Counted from the stretch's first letter, positions 30,570 through 40,594 are shown. The stretch: DNA of 64,000 nucleotides from Minisyncoccota bacterium (GCA_963668425.1 OY764332.1:105241-169240); one strand, 5' to 3'. Numbers and translations are program-made. Notes: a model not told the origin generated them from the sequence alone.

Positions 30570-31005
30570 TAGTGATGTCGTCTACCTGACTTCCCTGCTC
30601 CATTTGTGACGGCTGATATTTAATCGCATTCTGATAAAGATATGCAGGCATGCGGACACAAACAATAATCACAAAAACAATAAGCCCTCCCACCAAATGC
30701 TTTTTTGCTGACTGCCGCTCTCTTTCTAAGAAACGAAATATCAGAAAAAATATGAAAATAACAAACGGAGATATCATAAGAGCAGCCAGCATCGCTCCTT
30801 TAATAGGGCTCTGCAACAGGTCTTCCTTAAGGAATAATGTCAAATAATCTGATAAAAGACCACCACCAACACCCAACAATACACCAAGGATTAACAAAGC
30901 AATGTCTCTTTGTATATCGCCCTGCTGTGACATATTTTTATCGTTATGCATCTTTTTAGTTTTTTCGTTGCTCATTATTTTTAATTTTACACTATACCGT
31001 TGCAT
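30559..31005 (-). CDS. 3-TM membrane protein, paralog of 32075-32467
   Basis: LGVLLGVGGGLLSDYLTLF.KE.LL.SP aligns with MGILAGVVGGYVGSHLTIF.RD.LL.NP; near-identical C-terminal codons. Confidence 0.7.
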   Translation of the reverse strand: MQRYSVKLKIMSNEKTKKMHNDKNMSQQGDIQRDIALLILGVLLGVGGGLLSDYLTLFLKEDLLQSPIKGAMLAALMISPFVIFIFFLIFRFLERERQSAKKHLVGGLIVFVIIVCVRMPAYLYQNAIKYQPSQMEQGSQVDDITTVM

Positions 31006-31113
31006 ATTGCAATATACAAGCGTGCCGTACCTGAGTAACGTACTTGTTGCGTTAGATTATTGCTCCCAAGTATGAAATTGACTTGGTTTTGTATATGTAC
31101 TAACATACTGAAC

Positions 31114-31803
31114 ATGAATAATAATTCCTACCAAAAACCAGAGTTCCGGAAAGATGGCTTTCATTGTTCCTTTTGTGGTATATATGCCAACCATGACTGG
31201 AAAAATCTTTTTCTGGCAGAGCGTCTGGATTATGGGAATGAGTGGAAACCAATTTCAATATCATCTCAATGTGACCACTGCAAGAGATATGCCCTATGGA
31301 TTCCTAGTGAGGGGGGTGAGTGGCATATGGTTTATCCAAGAAAAATGCTTTCCCCTCTGGCGCATTCTGACATGCCAGGGTTAGTGAAAGCATTATATGA
31401 AGAGGCGAGAAGTATATCAGACCAATCACCAAGAGCAGCTGCTGCCTTATTACGATGCGCTCTTGAAAGGTTAACTGAGCACCTTGGAGAAAAAGATGGT
31501 TCGTTATATGCAAGAATTGGAAATCTGGCTCAGAAAGGTTTGCCAAAGATGGTTTTAAAGGCGTTAGATATTGTACGTATCACCGCAAACGAAGGCGGTT
31601 CTCATTGTGGAGAGATTGATTTGACAGGAAAAGACGGAAAAGAGGTTGTTGACAAATTGTTTTTGTTGGTGAACTTCATTGTTGAAAAAACAATTACAGA
31701 GCCCAAAGAAGTTACTATGATGTTTTTGGACCTGCCTGAAAGCAAGAAAGATGGTGTGCGAAATAGGGATAATAAACATGAAAAGAAGATAGAAAATGAG
31801 TGA
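31114..31803 (+). CDS. Zinc-finger + DUF4145 (HEPN) protein, candidate anti-phage RNase
   Basis: CSFC...CDHC, LYEEAR, SPRAAAALLRCALE, R.TANEGGSH HEPN-like motif. Confidence 0.82.
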   Translation: MNNNSYQKPEFRKDGFHCSFCGIYANHDWKNLFLAERLDYGNEWKPISISSQCDHCKRYALWIPSEGGEWHMVYPRKMLSPLAHSDMPGLVKALYEEARSISDQSPRAAAALLRCALERLTEHLGEKDGSLYARIGNLAQKGLPKMVLKALDIVRITANEGGSHCGEIDLTGKDGKEVVDKLFLLVNFIVEKTITEPKEVTMMFLDLPESKKDGVRNRDNKHEKKIENE

Positions 31804-32056
31804 GATATTGGTATAGAGTAACAAAAAAATAACCGATAAATATTACAGATTGCTCTGGAAAAGAATTTAATTAATGGTATTAAAATACCCGAAATTGAAA
31901 ATGGGTCTTCCTTTATTAATACTAATGTCCTTGTCAACCCAACCCAGCCCAGCTTTGGGAGGTAAGCCAGATCCAGATCCTGCGTATAGAATATACGACG
32001 GAAACCTGTCTATGGTTTCGTTTATTGTTTCCATTTTTTGTTTTTGTGGTTGCATA

Positions 32057-32085
32057 CAAGTAGTATACCTTGACCTACATCACGG
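32057..32085. repeat. 29-bp exact direct repeat, copy 2
   Basis: Identical to 30541-30569. Confidence 0.92.
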
Positions 32086-32467
32086 CAGTAGTGGCGTTGC
32101 TGTATAGGTACATAAACGTGAGAGCGCAGATAAACACGGTAAAGAACAAATAACATTTCCAATCACTCTTCCAGGCCGACACTAAGAAATCAGACATGTT
32201 TTGACCTTCTTCTGCCTGATAGAGATTTAACAACAAGAATATAAAAGTAGAAAATAGGAAAACCATAAAAGTAGTAATGATTGAATTTAAAAAAGGGTTT
32301 TTTAATAACATGTCCCTTGAGAATATTGTTAGGTGGCTTCCAACATAGCCGCCTACTACACCCGCTAATATACCCATCACAAAAAGAGTGTTTTCCTTAA
32401 AAGTGAGTTTTTCTTTTTCCTGAATAGCGGATTCTCCCCTTTCAATGTTTTTATCTGTCTTACTCAT
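32075..32467 (-). CDS. 3-TM membrane protein, paralog of 30559-31005
   Basis: Aligns with its paralog at 30559-31005; three hydrophobic segments. Confidence 0.7.
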   Translation of the reverse strand: MSKTDKNIERGESAIQEKEKLTFKENTLFVMGILAGVVGGYVGSHLTIFSRDMLLKNPFLNSIITTFMVFLFSTFIFLLLNLYQAEEGQNMSDFLVSAWKSDWKCYLFFTVFICALTFMYLYSNATTAVM

Positions 32468-32998
32468 AGATGTATTTTTTGTTTTTTTGAGTACGGATGC
32501 TTTCTTGGATTGCCGCTCTTCTTCTCCTTTTACCCTCGCCTAACACTACCCTCACCCAGTTTTCCAACGGTGCTATGTTGTGATGGATCATTGCTGTACG
32601 AATACTCGGATGAACTGATGCACAACAGGCGGTGGTTCCAAATATCATCAAAACCGCTATAATATAAACTACAATTTTGTTTGGTAAATTGTTTTTATTA
32701 AAATTTATTATCGATACCTTTAGTATACATCACCCTGTGAAAACCGCAAGACGCAAAAACAAGCGAGTTATTCTCACTTGTTTTTTATTTATTTTTCTTT
32801 ATAGATGACAAATAGTATTAAATAGCGATATTTTTCTTATGTTAATAGTATATCCTACAACTGTTGCGCAAGAGCAAATGTTTGCTTTTTAAACAATGAT
32901 CGTTTATACTACTGGTAGTTTAGTAGAAGAGTTCCAGGCCCATTGGGATATCTGGGCTCTTTTCGTTTTAATACGTCATCATCAGGCACTATAGACAT

Positions 32999-33436
32999 AT
33001 GTCTCTTTGGAAAAAAATTAAAAATGTTATTCTTGGATCTTTGCTTTTTCCTCTCAAAGAGTATGGTCTTGCACTCAAGATTTGTGTAGGAAACATGGCA
33101 GCTTTACCATTCCTGGTAACTGTGGCTTACTATGTGGAGAAATCGGGTCGGGAAATACCCCTTGACTTTATATCCGTATTGCTCAAAACCTTCTTCATAT
33201 CTTTCACTTGCTATCTATGCCTTATTTTTGGAAAGATTTTTCGTAATCGGATTCTTATTATTTTTTCTGGTTATCTTCTTTTTTCTATTCTTTTTATTTA
33301 TGTTATAATTTGGGTACATCTGTATGGAATGGTGTGTAATATTTCAAAGATGAAGACAGAACAGAGCGTAGTAAATCGTTATTCAGCTAAGGCTTTTTGC
33401 CTCCCGCACACCACATATGCACATCTCTTTTTATAA
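32999..33436 (+). CDS. Hypothetical membrane protein
   Basis: 145-aa ORF with three hydrophobic segments, ending at a bidirectional hairpin (33453-33481). Confidence 0.6.
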   Translation: MSLWKKIKNVILGSLLFPLKEYGLALKICVGNMAALPFLVTVAYYVEKSGREIPLDFISVLLKTFFISFTCYLCLIFGKIFRNRILIIFSGYLLFSILFIYVIIWVHLYGMVCNISKMKTEQSVVNRYSAKAFCLPHTTYAHLFL

Positions 33437-33529
33437 AAGTAACACAAAAAGAAAAATACACGGAGTTTTCCGTGTGTTTTTCAGATGAGTGAGCGCACTC
33501 TGGTTGTGTTACTTACACTAGGCAGATTT

Positions 33530-34057
33530 TTATGTGCACCTCGGATTGCTTCCACTTGTGCTGGCAGGACTTCCGTTCAACGACCCCAAGAACCCGTTAT
33601 AGTCCGTGCAGTAGATATCGTTCCCACTACCTCCTGTTCCATCAGCGTCTGGCAATGCACCCCAAACAACCCATTTACCACGGTTTGCATAACAACAAAT
33701 CTCTCCTGCTGAAACTCCTGATTTCAATCCGCTTGTGCCAATAAGGTCGCCCTTCGCACACACAGCACTTCCATCCCATTTATCCCAACTGTCTTTTTGA
33801 CCAGAGATTTTTTCGTAGATGTTGTCGCACAAAGTATCTCCGGTGAGGTTTGTGTTTATTGCGGTTTCAGCAAAAGCCAGTGTGCGGATACTGGACACTC
33901 CCAATTTTGCACTGCTCTTTCCAGCGTTTCCTGTCTGAGTGCCGATGGAAACGATTACCGTTGTGGCAAGGACACCGATGATTGCGATAACAATAAGAAG
34001 TTCTATAAGGGTAAATCCTTTACTGCTATTGAGATTTTTCCTGTAGTAGTTTTTCAT
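33530..34057 (-). CDS. Type IV pilin
   Basis: KGFTLIELLIVIAIIGVLA; Cys-rich head GEICC...WVVW...YCTD..GF. Confidence 0.92.
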   Translation of the reverse strand: MKNYYRKNLNSSKGFTLIELLIVIAIIGVLATTVIVSIGTQTGNAGKSSAKLGVSSIRTLAFAETAINTNLTGDTLCDNIYEKISGQKDSWDKWDGSAVCAKGDLIGTSGLKSGVSAGEICCYANRGKWVVWGALPDADGTGGSGNDIYCTDYNGFLGSLNGSPASTSGSNPRCT

Positions 34058-34077
34058 ACAGTGATCTTTATTGTTCA

Positions 34078-34647
34078 TTACTCACAACTTTCAATTGTGG
34101 CGGCATTACTGTTACCTACCACCCCCTCTCCTTTTTTGACTGTCTTGTTGTTTCTGGTATCATTGCCACTATTGGCAAGAGTAAACTTACCTAAAAATCC
34201 ACCGCTGTCAGCACAATACACCTCACCGGTGCCTGCCCCGTTGCCGCTTAACTTTGCCCACAGTACCCATTTTTCATTTTTTGATGAACAACATATCTCT
34301 CCAGCAACACCAGCAACACTATCGGCTTTACATATTTGATTAGCGTCAGTACCTTCATTCCCCCAAGTCCACTTGGTCTTCTCACCAGAGACCTTTGGGT
34401 ATATCTCATCGCAGACACCATTGGCACCGTAGCCACCCCCAATAACTGTTACGGTCGCAATAGTCCTCAAACTGGACACACCACTTTTTACTGAGGAGAT
34501 TTGTGCCTTCTCTGTTTGACTTCCCAGTGAGACCACGACCGTTGCCGCCAGCACGCCTATGATTGCGATGACAATAAGCAACTCGATTAAGGTAAATCCT
34601 TCGCTGTGCCTCGTGCCACTAAAGTTTTGCTGCCATATTTGCAACAT
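34078..34647 (-). CDS. Type IV pilin
   Basis: EGFTLIELLIVIAIIGVLA; GEICC...KWVLW...YCADS.GF. Confidence 0.92.
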   Translation of the reverse strand: MLQIWQQNFSGTRHSEGFTLIELLIVIAIIGVLAATVVVSLGSQTEKAQISSVKSGVSSLRTIATVTVIGGGYGANGVCDEIYPKVSGEKTKWTWGNEGTDANQICKADSVAGVAGEICCSSKNEKWVLWAKLSGNGAGTGEVYCADSGGFLGKFTLANSGNDTRNNKTVKKGEGVVGNSNAATIESCE

Positions 34648-34659
34648 ACAAGTGCTTTA

Positions 34660-35199
34660 TTACTTGCACGTTTCAAGCACCACATCTGCGTCACTTCCGT
34701 CACTTTTTACCACGCTTTTGGCACTGGCACTATCTTGATCAAGCGTAACACTTCCTGCAAACCCAGTGCTGTCTGCACAGTAAACTTTTCCGGTTTCGGC
34801 TGCTCCCCAGAGCACCCACTTTTCAGGACTACTGCCTGTAGCGGCTACTGATGAACAGCAAATCTCACCACCTCCAAGCGGCTCATTTGCTTTACACTCA
34901 GCAGCAGGAGTGGCCTTGCCCCAAGTCCAGTCATCCTTTTCTCCCGAAACTTGCGGAAGTATTAGTTCACAAACCTTGTCGTTAACACCAAGTGATGTGT
35001 TACCAACTTTGCCCTCAACAACTGCAATTGTCGCAAGGTTTCTAATACTGGATACGCCGATCTTTACCGACCCCTGCTGGGCTTTATCTGTTTGCGAGCC
35101 AAGAGAAACGACCACTGTCGCCGCCAACACTCCGATGATTGCAATCACAATCAGCAATTCAATCAGTGTGAATCCTTTTTTGTATTTTTTATTAAACAT
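34660..35199 (-). CDS. Type IV pilin
   Basis: KGFTLIELLIVIAIIGVLA; GEICC...KWVLW...YCADS.GF. Confidence 0.92.
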   Translation of the reverse strand: MFNKKYKKGFTLIELLIVIAIIGVLAATVVVSLGSQTDKAQQGSVKIGVSSIRNLATIAVVEGKVGNTSLGVNDKVCELILPQVSGEKDDWTWGKATPAAECKANEPLGGGEICCSSVAATGSSPEKWVLWGAAETGKVYCADSTGFAGSVTLDQDSASAKSVVKSDGSDADVVLETCK

Positions 35200-35407
35200 A
35201 CTTAAATATTACTTATAATTATTAACGTTTTTAGTGTACCATCCCCCAAAATCCCCACCACACCACCCCTGTGGATAACCACCACCTACCCTTTTCCGCC
35301 AAAAATTTCTATTGTTTGGCACATCTATGACATAAAACTACCTCAACTAGTAATACCCTCTGTAAAATAAGTATTGAATTATATTTCGTTTGTGCCATAA
35401 TTCATTT

Positions 35408-36226
35408 ATGAACCAGGAAAATAAAGTTAACAAAGATGATTTAAAGAAGGTTGGAAAAATAGGATTTGAGCACAATGGGAAAAAATATAACCTGTTTCGC
35501 TATTTTTGGTCTCCAGACAAAGCGGAAGGAGATCTTGAAATAGCAATAACCATTCCTAAAAAATATACAAACATTACAGATAGTGTTTATTATCTTAAAA
35601 GGTTGCGTGCTGGAAAAGTTGTAGAAAGGCATAAAAGTTACTCAAAACTTCTTAAAATAAGTTTTCATAGTAGTGGTGCATATCATATTTCTGGGGAAAA
35701 CATGCCAAACAGAAGTAAAAACCCTTATGCGATGGGAGCATCATTTGGGGGATATTCTGGTGCACCACTTGGTTTCATGTACACAGATGACTTATCATCA
35801 TTTATGCATAGTGGGAATATAACCGATGATTTAAACACACGCTTTATTGTTGACAGCGGGCACTCAACTATTTTCGTTGCACTGTATAGAGTAGAAAATA
35901 CTTTATACAGGAGAAAAGACGGTATGGGCATTGCTGAAGAACTTAGAGATCATATCATTAGCAGTCTTGAAAGAGACAAAGATAGAATTGGCATATGTTT
36001 GGAAGACCCTTACTTTATTCCGCTAGATTATCCAGGGAACACAGACCATATATTCCTACTAGCTTGCTTCCGTGGAAATCCCAAACCAAAAGAAATAATG
36101 GAAGGAACTTTTGTCGGAACATATGCCTACGAGGCAGATGGCGATGCCTTGTCCCTGTATGTTAACAGAGATGATGAGAAAGTTCCTGAAATCAAGCGGC
36201 GCCCCAGGATACCGCTTGCATTTTAA
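35408..36226 (+). CDS. Hypothetical protein (AT-rich)
   Basis: 272-aa ORF with KISFHSSG motif; no family recognised. Confidence 0.7.
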   Translation: MNQENKVNKDDLKKVGKIGFEHNGKKYNLFRYFWSPDKAEGDLEIAITIPKKYTNITDSVYYLKRLRAGKVVERHKSYSKLLKISFHSSGAYHISGENMPNRSKNPYAMGASFGGYSGAPLGFMYTDDLSSFMHSGNITDDLNTRFIVDSGHSTIFVALYRVENTLYRRKDGMGIAEELRDHIISSLERDKDRIGICLEDPYFIPLDYPGNTDHIFLLACFRGNPKPKEIMEGTFVGTYAYEADGDALSLYVNRDDEKVPEIKRRPRIPLAF

Positions 36227-36446
36227 CAAGTGTTACGTTTTCAATATGGTTGGTAGTGTTTCTGGCATCGCACTATTCGCATTACTTATAGTACCGCTAA
36301 CAGTGTTGTTGGTGAATACCCTCTTTAGATTGTGGGAATATGCTTTTGATAAATCAGTTCGTTTTGCCGCTATTTTATCTTGCACAATCCCCTTAGTGTT
36401 GCTTGCAGAGTTGCTTTGTTGGGCTAGACTGTTTGGGTGGTATTAG
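36207..36446 (+). pseudogene. 5'-truncated copy of the 43306-43641 membrane-protein gene
   Basis: 18-bp (36207-36224 = 43364-43381) and 75-bp (36320-36394 = 43518-43592) identical blocks; the N-terminus is missing. Confidence 0.7.
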
Positions 36447-36451
36447 TTTTA

Positions 36452-37147
36452 TTACTGTATCTTATTCATCCCTCCGCTAACAGCATTAGCGACAATTTCA
36501 AGCGGTGTACCCATTTTATCTTCTTTTGTGTGTGGAGGGGTTGTGATAAATTCAACAACTTTACTGGCTAGCAAAGGTCTTATCTCTTGATCTTCAACAC
36601 TTCTGAGTACATTATAGTAACTTTGTGCTAACACTTGTCTATGCTTCATATCAATAAATAAATTTCTGTACAAAGAATATTGCCTGGCACAAAAGTAGAG
36701 AGCGTAGACCGCAACACCAGTTATGGTCAATCCGCTCAACCGAAATTCCCAACTGATGTTATATTTCACACAGTAAAAAAAATACAGAACAGAGATAGCG
36801 AAAGTCATCAATACCATAAATGTAGTTGCTCTGAGCCATTTATCACGATCCTCCCTATACCCAGATCCGGCTTTTTCAAAAGCATCAGCTAATTTCTTCG
36901 TCTGAAAGATGTCTATTTGTTTTTTTAGAGAGACATTCTTGTCAGACAGATTGTCCACCTCAGACCGCTTTGATTTTATTTCGTTTGTTAAATTTCCTAT
37001 TTCAGTATCTTTGTTCTTATTCTCTTCCCGAAGTGATTCACGCTCCTCCTCAAGTGCTTTGACCTTTGCATCTAAGTGCTCAATTTTACCTTCTTTTCCA
37101 CTCAAGAGCTGCTCCCAATACTCCCTATTTCTTCTTTGTGCGTTCAT
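36452..37147 (-). CDS. Coiled-coil protein with two C-terminal TM helices
   Basis: N-terminal heptad region, 2 TMs, ARQY....N...D..HRQVLA motif; -10 TATAAT 7 nt before the ATG. Confidence 0.72.
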   Translation of the reverse strand: MNAQRRNREYWEQLLSGKEGKIEHLDAKVKALEEERESLREENKNKDTEIGNLTNEIKSKRSEVDNLSDKNVSLKKQIDIFQTKKLADAFEKAGSGYREDRDKWLRATTFMVLMTFAISVLYFFYCVKYNISWEFRLSGLTITGVAVYALYFCARQYSLYRNLFIDMKHRQVLAQSYYNVLRSVEDQEIRPLLASKVVEFITTPPHTKEDKMGTPLEIVANAVSGGMNKIQ

Positions 37148-37301
37148 ATACCCAATTATACACCAAGCGATAACAGTGCACCATATCCCCGCCTGAAATA
37201 CAACAATCGCACAAACCAGCGACCGTCTCGGACAACCACCCCACGCACAACACAAAACTCTCACTCCTGTTTTTTAAGCACTCTCTTATCTATTCAAGCC
37301 C

Positions 37302-38408
37302 TCAAGAGGTGGGCTTCTGTTGGAGTATGTCTCGCAGGTATTTTATTGCACCTTTCTTTACATCTTCAGTAATTTCAGGTGTTTGCTTACCAGTTTCTCT
37401 ATTAGATTTTTTTGTTTTATGTGCCACACCTCTCCTTATATCAAAAATTTTGATGTCCTTTATTTCTTCTTTTTTGAATTTAACTTCTGTTTCAGGTTCC
37501 TCTGCCTTTTGATATAATTGTAAAAAATAATCTGTTGAAACTACGCCAAAAATCAGATAGTTAATCTCTGCATCTGATCTGTAATTCAATACGCCAAATT
37601 TATCCTCCATCTCTTTCACATCAGTTGAATAATTTTTCTCAGGATTTCTAAACACTTCATAGATTTTCTGCCCACTGCCAAGCTCTATGAAATATGGATC
37701 GTGTGTGCTGATGATAATGTTGATGTTGTTGTTTTTGCTACGGGATAGAGTGGAGAGCGCTTCGTACAGACTCTTTTTTAAGCGTGGATGCAGGTATATT
37801 TCTGGTTCTTCAAACAAAATAAATATTTCATCATCACTTACACCGACCTTCCCTAGTTCTTGGATTACAGAAGCAACAATGAGACGTTGTGTCCCTTGAC
37901 TCGCATCTCCGATTGCCAAAGGTGATGAATCTTTTGATTTGTCATGCGTGTCTAACACTTTTGCTTCAAGCACCTTCTTTACAACGGCATCATGAATGGA
38001 TTTTTTTACATCATCTTTAGTAAGCTTCTTCTGAGTTAGTTGCAATTCGGCACCAATAACATCAAAATTTTTGAAGGTTTCTGATATGCTACTAAATAAT
38101 TCGGTTATTTCCTTGTAATTTATTTTAGGCATACTTTTAACTGTTATATTTATAAGTTCAGCGATGGCAGAATGCATAGGGTCAGAAATGGCACTAGTCT
38201 TCATTTGCTCCTCTGCATTAATTTTTTCTGCGGGTATATAAATAACTTTTCCTGCCTTGCTTTCTTTTATCTTCTTTTGTATCGCATTCATTAAATGAGT
38301 TTTCCCGGCATTATTTTCTCCAGCAAATATCGTATAAGGGGCAAGGTCAATCCCATCAATTTTCTCTGTAATACTACTGTCCTTCTGTGGAGATATGGTT
38401 ATTTTCAT
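37302..38408 (-). CDS. ABC-type (AAA_15/21) ATPase with putative C-terminal HEPN-like domain
   Basis: Walker A GENNAGKT, signature SQGTQR, Walker B LFEEPE.YLHP, ISTHDPYF; C-terminal AEINYLIFG...IRRGVAH. Confidence 0.8.
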   Translation of the reverse strand: MKITISPQKDSSITEKIDGIDLAPYTIFAGENNAGKTHLMNAIQKKIKESKAGKVIYIPAEKINAEEQMKTSAISDPMHSAIAELINITVKSMPKINYKEITELFSSISETFKNFDVIGAELQLTQKKLTKDDVKKSIHDAVVKKVLEAKVLDTHDKSKDSSPLAIGDASQGTQRLIVASVIQELGKVGVSDDEIFILFEEPEIYLHPRLKKSLYEALSTLSRSKNNNINIIISTHDPYFIELGSGQKIYEVFRNPEKNYSTDVKEMEDKFGVLNYRSDAEINYLIFGVVSTDYFLQLYQKAEEPETEVKFKKEEIKDIKIFDIRRGVAHKTKKSNRETGKQTPEITEDVKKGAIKYLRDILQQKPTS

Positions 38409-38532
38409 ATAGTTTCAGTATACCAAGCAGTGTCGGAATTTCAAAATGTTCTTTGCCATCTTCTTGCATGTTTTTTCTTGTATTTTGTCTATATCGTCAT
38501 CTACAGATTGCACAAACCTCACCTATTCCAAC

Positions 38533-38571
38533 GCAAAACGGTTAAAAGGGTGTCTATAGCAATCGCGCCAC
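38533..38571. repeat. 39-bp exact direct repeat, copy 1 (copy 2 at 42225-42263)
   Basis: GCAAAACGGTTAAAAGGGTGTCTATAGCAATCGCGCCAC. Confidence 0.93.
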
Positions 38572-38646
38572 CACCACTTTTCATCAAAACCAACACACAG
38601 CATAAAACTACTCCCCTCTTTATACATTCCTACATTTTTTAAACCT

Positions 38647-39117
38647 TTAGTCCGTTTTATTCATTGACTGCCTTTTAAACTCCTTATAGTTTATACAAGA
38701 AAATCTTTTTTCTAGGAGCGCCTTCTGTAATTTCTTGTCATTTGTCACGCAAGTGTACTCACCGGGATAACGTTCTACAGCGGCCATTATGTGTGCGTCA
38801 CATATACCTCTTCCGTTCATTATGTCATATTCAATATTAGTAGCAAATGCAGATTTTAAGTGCCCAGCGAACTGAATGTCACTATTGGTTTTTATAATAT
38901 TATTTTGGGGTATACTGCTCCACAATTTATGACGATTTTGAATATCTCTCTCTTTCTCCTCTGGTGAAATATCTTTGGCAATATTAATGTAATCGTGTAT
39001 AAATTCTTTTTTACATACTCCAACAGTGTATATAGACATAAAATCAATACGTTCCTCAAAATTATTTTCCTCGCTTAATTTAACTAGGGCACAGCTGTCA
39101 AAAATGAATTTGTTCAT
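38647..39117 (-). CDS. PIN-domain protein (putative toxin)
   Basis: FIFDSCAL, KKEF, CDAHIMAA and VTNDKKL acidic PIN tetrad; 4-nt overlap with the upstream gene. Confidence 0.82.
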   Translation of the reverse strand: MNKFIFDSCALVKLSEENNFEERIDFMSIYTVGVCKKEFIHDYINIAKDISPEEKERDIQNRHKLWSSIPQNNIIKTNSDIQFAGHLKSAFATNIEYDIMNGRGICDAHIMAAVERYPGEYTCVTNDKKLQKALLEKRFSCINYKEFKRQSMNKTD

Positions 39118-40319
39118 AGGCCATGTTCACGCTTAACATTGCGCAAAAACAATCTAGCATCCTTTTTGTCGCCACTAAAAGAAATAAGGTTCGCTGTTTC
39201 TTTCTCCCCCACCTTATTAAGATTACTACTAAGTAATTCCTTCGGATAAAAATGAGCAAATGCTTTCATCAAAGATTGACCCCCTTTGCTTTTCTTTTTT
39301 TTCGTTTCATCAGATGGACTAGTCGGTCTTTCTTCACAGATACTCACATACCTTTCTTTATCACTCTTACAGAACAAGAACCATACTAAGAAGGAGGGTG
39401 AAACACCGTAATCTTTTGCGAGCAACTTTGCGTCCTCCCATGAAACAATTTTCTCCTGTAATTGCTTGATTTCTTTATCATCAAAAAGAAGAAAGCCCAC
39501 AAAATCAAATGATTCGTTTTTTATTTCCCTGTATTCGTCATTGTGATACAAAGCAATGGCATTGCTACCAATGCCAATTGAGTGTAACAATGCCAATGCG
39601 GTTACTATCCTTCTCTCAAAAGAAATTATTTTTGAATTTACCAATATTGCAGCAGATCTACCTGATTCAGAAATCACAGACAAGCCGTCAAATGTAGCGC
39701 TATCAGGTAGTTTTTCAGGCATGACGCCGTTTCTATTGTGTGACCTGAACACTGGCACGCCGACACCATTTATTTTTTCCATTACGTAATTGAATCTTTG
39801 ACTGGGCTCTTTGATTGATCGAAATTCTGACAGGGTAAGGTTAAGTATCTCTCTCACTGTCACTGCAGCATCCCATGGACTTTTTTTGTGCAGAAGTCCA
39901 ATAAAATTACCGTTCTCCACCCCATAACTGATATTGTTTGATATGTATTGGCTTATCCTTTGAAGTGAATACTGTTCAGCGCCTCCACCACTCCTTATAT
40001 GGCCATAATATTTTACATTTTCCATCCTATACTTCTCCGCTTTAATAATTTTTTCCTCTGGCACAAAAATGTATGACCATTTTTCTTTGAATATTCTTTT
40101 TAAATCAGAAAATGTAATATCATTGCGAGTACCATCTCTAATCTGTCTTATAATCCCAGGCGTTTTTTCTGTTCCTAGCCCCCTTTTTATGTTGAATACT
40201 TTGTGCAAACGCAAAATTATATCTTTTGGAACACTAAAATGAAACGCATTCCTATAGTAGACATCAATCATACTAACATCTAAGGTGTGTATAAAGAGTG
40301 TTTGTTGTTTTGTTTTCAT
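39114..40319 (-). CDS. HTH + ImmA/IrrE-like metallopeptidase fold, HExxH degenerate
   Basis: GVPVF, FDGLS, AILVNS, RRIVTALALLH (in place of RxxFTLAHELxH), LAKDYGVS. Confidence 0.65.
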   Translation of the reverse strand: MKTKQQTLFIHTLDVSMIDVYYRNAFHFSVPKDIILRLHKVFNIKRGLGTEKTPGIIRQIRDGTRNDITFSDLKRIFKEKWSYIFVPEEKIIKAEKYRMENVKYYGHIRSGGGAEQYSLQRISQYISNNISYGVENGNFIGLLHKKSPWDAAVTVREILNLTLSEFRSIKEPSQRFNYVMEKINGVGVPVFRSHNRNGVMPEKLPDSATFDGLSVISESGRSAAILVNSKIISFERRIVTALALLHSIGIGSNAIALYHNDEYREIKNESFDFVGFLLFDDKEIKQLQEKIVSWEDAKLLAKDYGVSPSFLVWFLFCKSDKERYVSICEERPTSPSDETKKKKSKGGQSLMKAFAHFYPKELLSSNLNKVGEKETANLISFSGDKKDARLFLRNVKREHGL

Positions 40320-40384
40320 ATTTGTTTGAAAAAAGCCACAATATTACTTGTGGCTCTTGTGTTCCCGCCCATGTATTTGGTCGT

Positions 40385-40594
40385 TTAATAGTTCCTTGTT
40401 GCGTCCCTGATAGAGTAGGCGGACACAAAGTCACGTGTCTCTTTTAAGGAGACCAAACGGCTTGCGACATCTACTGTTTTCACACCCTCAGTGGACATTA
40501 TCTTGACGATACTATCCTCCATCTCCTTCTTTTTCTCCTTAAGAGTGCTCAATGTATCACGTATATCCAAGTATTCTTTTATTTGTGTTTTCAT
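40385..40594 (-). CDS. Small hypothetical coiled-coil protein
   Basis: 69-aa ORF with a hairpin downstream. Confidence 0.5.
   Translation of the reverse strand: MKTQIKEYLDIRDTLSTLKEKKKEMEDSIVKIMSTEGVKTVDVASRLVSLKETRDFVSAYSIRDATRNY

Noticed and set aside
31867-32055. 62-aa ORF behind the duplicated promoter (ILYAGSG, faintly SIR2-like)
   Set aside because: Too short and the motif too weak; probably a fragment.
32822-32850. dif site (TTATGTTAATA resembles the XerD arm)
   Set aside because: The XerC arm does not match and AT-rich chance similarity is likely.
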